DNA of 64,000 nucleotides from Gammaproteobacteria bacterium (GTDB lineage Bacteria; Pseudomonadota; Gammaproteobacteria; CAJXQU01): NCBI GenBank assembly GCA_965238175.1, contig CBDEGZ010000003.1, positions 1,056,001 to 1,120,000 of the forward strand, read 5' to 3'. Shown piece by piece: positions 25,821 to 34,171 of this stretch (position 1 is its first letter; each line of letters starts with the position of its first letter). The notes under the pieces were generated by a model. It saw only the letters and a program-made list of their open reading frames with translations, ran no database searches and was not told where the DNA came from. The position numbers and the translations under genes were made by a program.

Positions 25821-26020
25821 TGTTGCACAACGTTTCGACTATGGTTAGTACGGGATTATAAAGGCGATAACTTTTCGATTAAGCACTTAGTCAAAACTTT
25901 CTATTTTATTTTTTCAATTATAAAAGCCAAATCCACTAAGACTTAGTGAACCTTGTTAAAAGCTCTTAATTTCAGGTTAAGCACAAACCCATATTAATTC
26001 TGGCCCTTGTTAACACTAGT
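25821..26020 (-). repeat. Cassette recombination site 1 (attC-like, Bacteroidota type)
   Basis: Plus strand TGTTGCACAAC...CTATGGTTAGTACGGG...CCCATATTAATTCTGG...GTTAACACTAGT; lies just after the stop of the ankyrin gene. Confidence 0.7.
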
Positions 26021-26028
26021 GTATGTTG

Positions 26029-27087
26029 TCATTCAAATATTTTATCAATTTGTTTAGATGGATTTTCAAAAAACTCTTTAATGTTACATAATTCTTTAAA
26101 TTCTTCGTGTTCATAGTCAGCAGAAGCAAAACATTTTTTCTTTGGATACCACACTAAAAACCCCTCGGAACTGTAATTATCAACTTCACTTAATAAGTCT
26201 AGAAATTTATATTTATTCCATTTTACTTCTTTAATATTGATTAGTGAGTTGAAAATTATATAATCTAATTGATTATTTTCTTTGCATTCTATTTTGCGAT
26301 TTTTACTTCGAATTAATTCTATTAATTGTTTTGGTAATTTGTAGCTTTTTAAATCCGTTAATTTTTGTTCTTCGTTATGCCATTGTTCTGGTTCTAATGA
26401 TTTTATAAACGCTATCATTTTTTTATTCTTATTGGCAACAGCACAGTTATATGGTCTTTCTCCATATTTGTCTTTAACCTTTACATCTGCGCCTTTTTGA
26501 ACTAAAAGCTTTACGGTTTCTAAATCATTGTTTTGTGCAGCAATATGCACAGGCGTTGAGTTGCAAGGATAAACCATATCAGGTTTGCAGAAATTTACGT
26601 CAATGCCATAATTTAAAAATATTTTTACGGCATCATGCTGTTTATTTGATACAGCTTGTCTAAATGAATCGCCATCATTTTTTAAGTCATAACCATTCTC
26701 AATTAATAATGAAATTGCGTCGAAGTTATTTCCATATAAAGCATCATTCATTGCTGTCTTACCATTACTGTGTTTAGCATTTACTTTTGCTCCATTTTCT
26801 ATTAGCAGCTTGATAGTTTCCATATCACAGCTTGAACAGGCCATTAGAATTGAAGGGTTGTCTTTGTCATTTAACTCAACTTTTTTTAAAATTAACCATT
26901 CTATTACTTTCTTCTTATTTTCATAAAGAGCAAGTGTAATTGGCAGCTCATCTATATACTCAGCAATGTTAAAGATTGCGTTTATATTCAATCCATTTGA
27001 AAACTCATGTTCCAATTTTTCAATGTTTTCTGACATTATTAATTCAGCTAATTCTGTTAATTTATCTTTTGGTCCGAATAATTTCAT
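26029..27087 (-). CDS. Ankyrin-repeat protein (cassette gene, immunity-like)
   Basis: Ankyrin motifs TPVHIAAQNNDLETVKLLVQKGADV and GKTAMNDA; AT-rich; A-rich leader without SD. Confidence 0.88.
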   Translation of the reverse strand: MKLFGPKDKLTELAELIMSENIEKLEHEFSNGLNINAIFNIAEYIDELPITLALYENKKKVIEWLILKKVELNDKDNPSILMACSSCDMETIKLLIENGAKVNAKHSNGKTAMNDALYGNNFDAISLLIENGYDLKNDGDSFRQAVSNKQHDAVKIFLNYGIDVNFCKPDMVYPCNSTPVHIAAQNNDLETVKLLVQKGADVKVKDKYGERPYNCAVANKNKKMIAFIKSLEPEQWHNEEQKLTDLKSYKLPKQLIELIRSKNRKIECKENNQLDYIIFNSLINIKEVKWNKYKFLDLLSEVDNYSSEGFLVWYPKKKCFASADYEHEEFKELCNIKEFFENPSKQIDKIFE

Positions 27088-27115
27088 TTTATTGTTTATA
27101 GTTGGTTTTTTCGAT

Positions 27116-27232
27116 ATTACTGCTAACGTTTGTATAAGATTAGTTGCGTTATTTAAGTAATTAATTTAGCCAATACAAACCAAATAGAAAACCCGCGAGG
27201 ATTTCCGTAAGTAGGTTTGCACTAGCAATTAA
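27116..27232 (-). repeat. Cassette recombination site 2 (outer arm lost)
   Basis: ATTACTGCTAACGTTTGTATAAGATTAGTTGCG...TAGCAATTAA runs directly into the stop of the next gene; shares about 40 bp with site 4. Confidence 0.7.
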
Positions 27233-28134
27233 CTTTCCCAATAGTCAGATTCAATTCCCATATTTCTTAATTCTTGCATGACATTTTCATCCGCATAGCT
27301 AAAAAAAGCTTTTTTTAAATTTGGAAAATGAATAGCATCCATTGAGCTTTCTATATTGTCATAATCTTCATAACCTTCTATAAATAGAATTAAATTTTTG
27401 TAAATTCCACTAATACCATCTTGATTTATCTCTGTGATTTCTTTTGCCAAACGTTTTGGAACAGGTAGTTTTTTAAAGTATTCGACAACTTCAGGAATTA
27501 AATCATACCCTTCTTCTTCTAAGTCTATTAATCTATTTTCGTAAAGCTTAACAAATTCATTTAAATCAAATTTTGGCTTTAAAAACTCCTTGTTATACAT
27601 TAACTCATTAATAACTGCATATTTAAAATTGATATCCGCAAACTCAATTATATCTTCATTAGTTGGCTTTATTTCATATTTATCTTTTGGAGGAAGTGGG
27701 GTATTACAATTAGAAATAGATAACTCGACTATATTATTTTTATCGTCGTTTAACGTATAATATATTTGAAGGGTTTTGGTTTGTTCGGTAAGTCTTAAGC
27801 GTCTTTCATGAATATTTTCACCTATTATAGCCAATATCCCTTGATATACTTTTTTGGGCATAAAATCAAACTCATAACTCTTATCTTTTCTTATCAAGAT
27901 ATCAACTTCTTCAATTCTTTTTTTACCCTTAGAATAGCAATATATTCCCAAATCATCCCAAGTATATATTGTATTGGAAGAACCTTTAAAAAGACGATTA
28001 ATAAAATTAGGTTTATTAATGCGATTAGGGCTTTGTTTTAACTCTTCAACGAGTTTTTTCAGAGATATTGGAAAGGTTAAGAGGGTTGAATTAATACTCA
28101 GTCCTTTATCTGTCAACTCTATTTTAAAATTCAT
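27229..28134 (-). CDS. Hypothetical cassette protein, DUF6892-like C-terminal domain
   Basis: About 300 aa, AT-rich; FADINFKYAVINELMY...EVVEYFKKLPVP resembles DUF6892 from memory; start at 28134 or 28146. Confidence 0.7.
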   Translation of the reverse strand: MNFKIELTDKGLSINSTLLTFPISLKKLVEELKQSPNRINKPNFINRLFKGSSNTIYTWDDLGIYCYSKGKKRIEEVDILIRKDKSYEFDFMPKKVYQGILAIIGENIHERRLRLTEQTKTLQIYYTLNDDKNNIVELSISNCNTPLPPKDKYEIKPTNEDIIEFADINFKYAVINELMYNKEFLKPKFDLNEFVKLYENRLIDLEEEGYDLIPEVVEYFKKLPVPKRLAKEITEINQDGISGIYKNLILFIEGYEDYDNIESSMDAIHFPNLKKAFFSYADENVMQELRNMGIESDYWES

Positions 28135-28145
28135 TTTTATTCCCA

Positions 28146-28327
28146 TTGCCCACAACGGTTTGTGTATGAAATATAGGGGGTAAAAGACGCTGACTTTTCA
28201 TATTTTATTTTTAACTTATCAATCTTAAAAGCCATTCACCTTAGGCGGGTCGGTGATTTTCGCAAATAAGAATAAACCCTTCTGAAAGCCTTTGCTAGCT
28301 ATGTTTTATACACCTTGGTTAGGCAAA
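28146..28327 (-). repeat. Cassette recombination site 3 (complete)
   Basis: TTGCCCACAAC-N5-GTGTATGAAATATAG ... CTATGTTTTATACAC-N4-GTTAGGCAAA; inner arms 13/15 complementary; GCCTAAC just after the stop on the minus strand. Confidence 0.8.
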
Positions 28328-28329
28328 GT

Positions 28330-29178
28330 TTAATAATTCTCTGGTTTTTTACTTGGATTTTCACAAAACCAATTATACATATCATTGAATTTTTTTTCAT
28401 ATTTCTTTATTTTCTCTTCGTCCGTTTTTGACTGTAAGAAAGGTTTGCGTTTACCTACAATAATAGTGTCTTTAGCTCCTTCAATAATAGGATCTACACT
28501 CATAAAAGCTTCTAATTGTTTACAATCGACTTCTTTACCATTTATTTTAAACTGTGCTTTTAGCCAAGCAATTTGTTCTGTTGTGAATTGATTTTCCGCA
28601 AATGTTATTTTTTTTATTTTCTTTAAATCTTTAAGAGGAGAAATATCTTTATCAATAATATTTGAATAGAACATAAACTCTTCTAAATTTTCGCATCCTA
28701 TAAAAGGTCTTAGAGATTTTATTTTGTTATCAATATTAAAAGTATTATTGTCAATAACTCTTATATATTTTAACAATTTCCCGTTTTCAATTTGGCCAAA
28801 GTCTGATAATTTTTTGATAGAATTAATTTTAAGAGACTTTAACTTTAGAGTTTTGGAAAAATCCCAAAGATTTTCTGCTTTTTGATTCCAAAAAATCTCT
28901 ACAGATTCAATATTAGAAAGTTCTTCCATTTTAGAAAAATCTTTTACTCGTTTACAAGCTTTAAAACTTATTACTGTGAATGTATGCGCATAATTTTCTA
29001 TAAAGTAATTAAACAAATTTTGGTCTAAACCAGCAATACTTAGCTTCTTTATTTTAGGGTATTTCTGAATCTCATCTATTAAAGATTTTCTACTCTTTGG
29101 CCATAAAGGACCTTTCTCTTCATATGGTAGTATATGAAGTTCATCATCTATTAATCTGACTTCTTGTGAAATGCTCAT
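28330..29178 (-). CDS. Leucine-rich-repeat protein (cassette gene, immunity-like)
   Basis: LxxLxL periodicity (LKLKSLKINSIKKLSDF, ISPLKDLKKIKKITF); AT-rich; TAAATG start with no SD. Confidence 0.78.
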   Translation of the reverse strand: MSISQEVRLIDDELHILPYEEKGPLWPKSRKSLIDEIQKYPKIKKLSIAGLDQNLFNYFIENYAHTFTVISFKACKRVKDFSKMEELSNIESVEIFWNQKAENLWDFSKTLKLKSLKINSIKKLSDFGQIENGKLLKYIRVIDNNTFNIDNKIKSLRPFIGCENLEEFMFYSNIIDKDISPLKDLKKIKKITFAENQFTTEQIAWLKAQFKINGKEVDCKQLEAFMSVDPIIEGAKDTIIVGKRKPFLQSKTDEEKIKKYEKKFNDMYNWFCENPSKKPENY

Positions 29179-29188
29179 TTAAATCAAA

Positions 29189-29259
29189 TTTACCCTGACG
29201 GTTTGTATAAGATTAGTTGCGTTGTTTAAGCAATTAATTTTATACGTTGTTGTAAAACG
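29189..29259 (-). repeat. Cassette recombination site 4 (short form)
   Basis: Arms GTATAAGATTAGTTGC / GCAATTAATTTTATAC (14/16) bounded by CCTGAC and GTTGTAAAA. Confidence 0.75.
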
Positions 29260-29889
29260 CTACTTTATTATTTATTAAATTTTACTTTGACTCATTTTTT
29301 TATTCTTTGGGAAATTCCCATTTTAAAATTTCTGTTCGAGGTATATCATTAATAGAAAACCATTTTAAAATTTCCATACTGGCTTTATCTATTTTAACCT
29401 CAACATAAACAGTTATTCTGCTTTTGAACGCTTCCATACTAATCCCATTACCATAAGTTAACTCACTCATTTTGAATCGAACAAGACGATCAGCTCTATT
29501 TAATTCTTTAGATAATTGAGAGGGTTTTATTTCATAGTGTGTGCCTTTCCAAATAATAATATCTCCAAAATATTTTACCTTAATTTGCTTGGTTTTCCCT
29601 TGATAGCTATTTATAAAGTAGGGTTCTTTAAAGAATACATTGTCAGCATCTACTAAAGAGTAGATTGCATTTTCATCATTGCTGCTATGCCTTACAGACA
29701 TAGACCACGTATCAAACGTAAATTCCTCGAAAGGTTCGGAAGGTACTTCGTGTGCAACAAACCATCTAGGTTTAGAGGCAAAAAATAGTGTCTTTTCGGA
29801 TTTTCCATCTATTAATAAAGACACACTGAACCTGCTACATTTTAACGGATACATTAAATAGGCGACAATATGCCTTTAGGAGTATCCAA

Positions 29890-30201
29890 ATGACCAGCAA
29901 CAGAAAACCATACAAAACCTATACCCGAGAATTCAAACTAGAAGCGTTACGCTTGATGGAGCAATCAGATAAACCGTCATCTGAGATTGCCGCTGAACTT
30001 GGTATACGGCGTAATCAGCTCTATAAATGGAAAGAACAACTGACCGACAAAGGTGATACTGCATTCCCAGAACAACGTGGAAGGCCTAAGAAAGAAGCAC
30101 AAAGTGAACTCACCACCTTACGCCAAGATAATGCACGGCTGAAGGAGGAAGTTGAGATATTAAAAAAGGCCGCGGTGTACTTTGCAGGCGAACTCAAGTG
30201 A
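29890..30201 (+). CDS. IS3 transposase OrfA
   Basis: YTREFKLEAL HTH region, coiled coil, ILKKAAVYF. Confidence 0.93.
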   Translation: MTSNRKPYKTYTREFKLEALRLMEQSDKPSSEIAAELGIRRNQLYKWKEQLTDKGDTAFPEQRGRPKKEAQSELTTLRQDNARLKEEVEILKKAAVYFAGELK

Positions 30202-31058
30202 AGTACGCCTTTATTAAAATACAACGTCGCCATCACTCTGTGTCGTTATTATGTCGCACCCTGACTGTCTCAGTCAGTGGTTATTATGATTGGTTAGACA
30301 GGCCTCAAAGTAAGACACACTCAACGAATCAACGGTTACTGACGAAAATAAGATGTTTTCATCAAGCTAGTTTTAAGCGTTATGGTTCACCTCGGATACA
30401 TCGAGACCTACTCGATTCAGGTGAAAAAGTAAGTCGACCGCGTGTTGCACGTTTGATGAAGACTGCTGGCATTCAATCGAAGATGGCCAAACGGTTTGTG
30501 ATTACAACCAATTCAAAAAATACCACAGCACCTGCACCCGATAGGCTCAAACGTGAATTTCGTGTCAATGAAACAAATAAAGCCTGGGTAGCTGACACGA
30601 CCTTTATTCGTACTCGGCAAGGTTGGTTATATTTGGCTACCATGATGGACTTGTATTCACGGCAAATTATTGGCTGGGCGATGTCTGAGCGTAATGACAC
30701 CAAGCTAGTCACTGATGCGTTAACGATGTCGCTGTCACGCAGAGACAAGGCAAAAGATGTGATTGTCCATTCCGACCAAGGCAGCACTTATGCCTCGGGT
30801 GATTATCGAAAGCTCATTAAAGATAATGGCTTCCTTTGTAGTATGAGCCGAAAAGGTGAATGCCATGATAATGCGGTCGCTGAAAGTTTCTTCGGCAGCC
30901 TCAAAACAGAGTTGGTTGATGATGAGGATTATCGAACACGTAGCGATGCCAAACAAAGCCTATTTCACTATATTGAAGTGTTTTATAATCGAAGACGGAG
31001 GCATTCTTATTTAGGCTATGTTAGCCCTGTAGAATTTGAGCGGGCAAATGCCCCTTAG
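30198..31058 (+). CDS. IS3 transposase OrfB (DDE)
   Basis: YGSPRI, WVADTT, HSDQGSTY, DNAVAESFF; -1 frame relative to OrfA. Confidence 0.95.
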   Translation: MKYAFIKIQRRHHSVSLLCRTLTVSVSGYYDWLDRPQSKTHSTNQRLLTKIRCFHQASFKRYGSPRIHRDLLDSGEKVSRPRVARLMKTAGIQSKMAKRFVITTNSKNTTAPAPDRLKREFRVNETNKAWVADTTFIRTRQGWLYLATMMDLYSRQIIGWAMSERNDTKLVTDALTMSLSRRDKAKDVIVHSDQGSTYASGDYRKLIKDNGFLCSMSRKGECHDNAVAESFFGSLKTELVDDEDYRTRSDAKQSLFHYIEVFYNRRRRHSYLGYVSPVEFERANAP

Positions 31059-31388
31059 TTATTTGCTCCGTTAAAGTGTTGCAACCTCACACTGTGTTTT
31101 TTTCTAATAGGGCTACTTTGTGTTGTTTTAAATCTATATTTTTTAGCAGGCGTACTTTGTCAAAACTGGTTAGGTTTTGACAGGAAGCCAACAATAATAC
31201 GAGTAATAAATACCAGGCAGGTTGCCTTATATGGTTTCATTTTTTTAGTTATTATCTGTTTTTACTTTAGGACATTTTAAAAGACCTAATAAAAATATTG
31301 TATTATTGATTAAAGAGTCTAATTCCTGTTTCTGTGCTTGAATGCTGCTTGTCCAGCATAAAAGTAATAAAGAGTTTTCTTTATCATA

Positions 31389-31439
31389 TTTTACAACCGT
31401 TTGTGTATGAAATATAGTGTGTAAAAGGTGCTAACTTTT
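31389..31439 (-). repeat. Cassette recombination site 5 (half site)
   Basis: TTTTACAACCGTTTGTGTATGAAATATAGTGTGTAAAAGGTGCTAACTTTT closely matches the corresponding half of site 3. Confidence 0.75.
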
Positions 31440-31524
31440 GAGGGTACACTTGGAATTTGAAACCGTCCAGTAAGCGAAATTAAATCGAGCCTGGACTGAT
31501 CCTGAGGGATCCTGGATCAGGCCC

Positions 31525-31793
31525 TAATTAGAAAAGGTGCTATTATTTATCTTTTTTGCGATTTAGACGATATCATCAGGGAGTATGAAAGTGACTTCCA
31601 TGATCAGCCGCTAACAAAGAAAATCGTAGAGGCGCTGAAAGGTAATCAGCACTCGCCAATTCTTGAGGTGGCTCAGTTGCTAACCCATGTGTCCGTGCCT
31701 GAACCCAAGTTCAACTATTCCGAATACAATAAAATATTGCAGAGTACTTGCATAGAGCATGTTCATCGGTTTTTCGCAGAGAAACTGGCTTAA
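31525..31793 (+). pseudogene. 3' fragment of an unknown gene (probable cassette remnant)
   Basis: Open frame ...DLDDIIREYESDFHDQPL...HRFFAEKLA* with no start; followed by GCCATAAC. Confidence 0.45.
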
Positions 31794-31819
31794 TGCCATA
31801 ACGTCGTAACCACTCGCAA

Positions 31820-32122
31820 ATGGAGCCAGGTAATATTTTGAAAATAGATACACTTGGTGACGGTTGGCGAGATAAAGACTCGGTGATGTTGCATGCATGC
31901 TTTCAACTATTAAGGGACTGCATCGAAAAAGAACATCTACTAAATGGCCATATTGACTGGGAAGTTGATGAAAAGCACCATCTGGCCAAAAAAGAAATTG
32001 AAGAATTACATAGTTGGTGGCTCTCATATAACGAATCTGAAATTCCTGACGAAGAGAGCTATGAATTAGAAACTGAAATGTTGCTGCGATTAATTAAAAT
32101 AAGGTGGGTGCTGTGGACATAG
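31820..32122 (+). CDS. Hypothetical protein, integron-cassette-like
   Basis: 100-aa ORF followed 3 nt after its stop by AGCTAAC (R''-like box, 32126-32132). Confidence 0.65.
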   Translation: MEPGNILKIDTLGDGWRDKDSVMLHACFQLLRDCIEKEHLLNGHIDWEVDEKHHLAKKEIEELHSWWLSYNESEIPDEESYELETEMLLRLIKIRWVLWT

Positions 32123-32149
32123 TTCAGCTAACAATGCGTGCCAAATGAC

Positions 32150-32723
32150 ACCATAAACAAAGATACATACCCTTAAAACAAGAGCAGTAATGGTGTGTAA
32201 TTTTATTAGATGTAAATTGGGGAAGATGGTGGAATTGTGGTTTCGAAAATGCCCAGCTAATCAGTTTAACTTCTGACAAACTATCACTTATTAACTCTTC
32301 TAATGAGGTAGTTCTAAATCTCGTTCTTCAAAGTTTATCAAGACTCAACGTCGATCAAAAATTTATAAACTACGCTTATTCAATTCCAGCAGGAGATTAT
32401 GCTCTTAGTGCTATTAGTATAAAGTAACTAAATCTGTTAGTAATGTCGGCTTCTTTACAGTGCAACGTGACAAGCTGTTTAAAGCAGGTAAACCAACTGG
32501 TGGGACTTTTAGTGTTCATCAAGGAGAAACTGTCTTTTTAGGTAACTTTTACCTGGATTGTACTTATGGTCCAATGCTTTGGCGGTATTATCCTGAGAGC
32601 CGTGGGGCATTTGAAAAGTAAGTCACTGAATACCAAACTGCTTTTCCATATCTAGATCTCAAGAATGTTAAATTTAGATTATTCAAAACTAAAAAAATCG
32701 GAAATGACTATAATCTGAAGTAG
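32150..32723 (+). pseudogene. Decayed cassette gene
   Basis: Frames DVNWGRWWNCGFENAQL...SAISIK* and VGFFTVQRD...GNFYLDCTYGPMLWRYYP...NLK*, with a frameshift and an internal stop; ends at an attC. Confidence 0.6.
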
Positions 32724-32729
32724 CTCAAG

Positions 32730-32807
32730 TGATAACAATTAACTCAAGTATTATTCCGGCCAAAAACGGCCTCCACTGGACGCGCACCACTTAGCAAGGC
32801 ATTAGAG
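32730..32807 (+). repeat. Classical (proteobacterial-type) attC site, R' mutated
   Basis: R'' TGATAAC, L'' CTCAAGT pairing with L' ACTTAG with one extrahelical C, central GGCC-AAAAAC-GGCC, R' ATTAGAG (G>A); next ATG at 32814. Confidence 0.75.
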
Positions 32808-32950
32808 GTATAAATGAGCAAAAAGCATATCAAGCTTGCAGGATGGCGAGAGATTATAAGTAACCTGATGTGATGGTCTCCTCCCCCTAACGGCATCTAG
32901 GTGCCATGATTGAACTGACATACACACAATCAAAAGAGGAGAAGACCAAA

Positions 32951-33964
32951 ATGAAGACTACAACAATCGGGTTAGACATAGCAAAAAACGTATTTCATGC
33001 TGTCTGCTGTAATCAACAAGGGCGTATAATCAAAAAGAAAATGTTAAAGCGAGCGCAGGTACTCTCCTTTTTTCAATCTCAACCTCCTTGTTTAGTCGCA
33101 ATAGAATCTTGTGCAACGTCACAGTATTGGGCCCGAGCGATACAACAACAGGGACATCAGGTGAAATTACTACCACCTCAGCATGTTAACGCATTTCTAA
33201 TCGGCAATAAGAATGATTATAACGATGCCTTGGCCATCGCCGTTGCTGCGAAACAACCTCATTTAAAAAGTGTGGGCATTAAATCAGTTGAGCAACAAGA
33301 CAACCAGGCACAACATAAAGCAAGAGACTTAGCGGTCAGACAAAGAACCGCATTATGTAACCAAATGAGAGCGCTTGTTGCAGAATATGGCATTAGCCTT
33401 CGTCCCGGCCTAAATACCCTACGTCAATCTATCCCGTTGCTATTAAGTGATGAGAACGAACGGTTGTCCGTTACTTTCAAAAGGATACTGCGCCAGCTAA
33501 AGGAACAATGGCAATCACTTGATGCCTGTATTGCGACATTTGACCAATTGATCATTCAATCGGCAAAAAACAATGCGATTTGCCAACGCTTACAAACTAT
33601 TCCAGGGTTTGGGCCGATGGTCTCGAGCGCGTATTTTAATGAAGTGGGAAACGGCGCTCATTATCACAAAGGGCGCGATGTGTCCGCCTCATTAGGACTT
33701 GTTCCACGACAGTACAGTAGTGGTGGTAAAGAGGTGCTACTGGGGATCAGTAAACGCGGCAATAAATACCTTCGTTGTTTGTTAATTCTAGGCGCGAAGG
33801 CCGTGGTATCAAGAGCCAAAACGAAAGGCGATAAACTGAGTCAATGGATTAATCGTTTAGTTGAGACGCGGGGGCATAATCGAGCGTGTGTGGCGTATGC
33901 CAACAAAATGGCAAGAATGGCCTGGGCTATAACGGTTTCTGGTGATGACTACTCACCGGCCTAA
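32951..33964 (+). CDS. IS110/IS1111 DEDD recombinase
   Basis: TIGLDIAKNVF, AIESC, KNDYNDA, IPGFGP, catalytic-serine region YSSGGK; start at 32951. Confidence 0.96.
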   Translation: MKTTTIGLDIAKNVFHAVCCNQQGRIIKKKMLKRAQVLSFFQSQPPCLVAIESCATSQYWARAIQQQGHQVKLLPPQHVNAFLIGNKNDYNDALAIAVAAKQPHLKSVGIKSVEQQDNQAQHKARDLAVRQRTALCNQMRALVAEYGISLRPGLNTLRQSIPLLLSDENERLSVTFKRILRQLKEQWQSLDACIATFDQLIIQSAKNNAICQRLQTIPGFGPMVSSAYFNEVGNGAHYHKGRDVSASLGLVPRQYSSGGKEVLLGISKRGNKYLRCLLILGAKAVVSRAKTKGDKLSQWINRLVETRGHNRACVAYANKMARMAWAITVSGDDYSPA

Positions 33965-34016
33965 ATAGAGAGAACAAATCATTTCAACGAATTGCGAAGG
34001 TAAAACTAAAGATGGC

Positions 34017-34171
34017 ATAACAGGTCAAACCAGCCTATTGAAAACCTGTCGAGCTCAGGGGTAACTAATACCGATAACCTGATAAGGAAAATAGGCGCGT
34101 AATACATCCAGGTCAGAAGTTGAAAACTTCATTGAAGGCCGTATATATGACAGCAATCCTGTCCCTGTTAT
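34017..34171 (+). ncRNA. Predicted IS1111 bridge/seek RNA
   Basis: Closing stem ATAACAGG/CCTGTTAT; two internal loops carrying segments that match the element's own target and donor junction. Confidence 0.8.

Larger units (their letters stand above)
29827..31089 (+). mobile_element. IS3-family insertion sequence (intact)
   Basis: TG...CA ends, IRs TGAACCTGCTACATTTTAACGGA / TCCGTTAAAGTGTTGCAACCTCA (18/23), 3-bp TSD CAC, A6G frameshift motif at 30162-30168. Confidence 0.95.
29300..31240 (-). pseudogene. Cassette lipoprotein gene split by IS3 and frameshifted
   Basis: 3' part at 29300-29826; 5' part at about 31093-31240 contains WYLLLVLLLASC (lipobox) in a shifted frame. Confidence 0.6.

Noticed and set aside
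29827-29854. Start of the 184-aa ORF (MYPLKCSRF)
   Set aside because: These codons come from the IS3 left IR; the true 5' part lies beyond 31090.
31093-31240. TGA recoding in the in-frame reading MKPYKATCLV...QF*QSTP of cassette 4
   Set aside because: The alternative frame gives a convincing lipobox, so frameshift decay is simpler; other genes here use TGA as a stop.
25821-31439. CRISPR array
   Set aside because: The repeats are long, divergent and separated by whole genes of about 1 kb; no cas genes are present.
32730-32870. IS1111 element targeting the attC site
   Set aside because: The insertion point is about 55 bp past the attC, inside the IS982 TIR, and the guides match the TIR.
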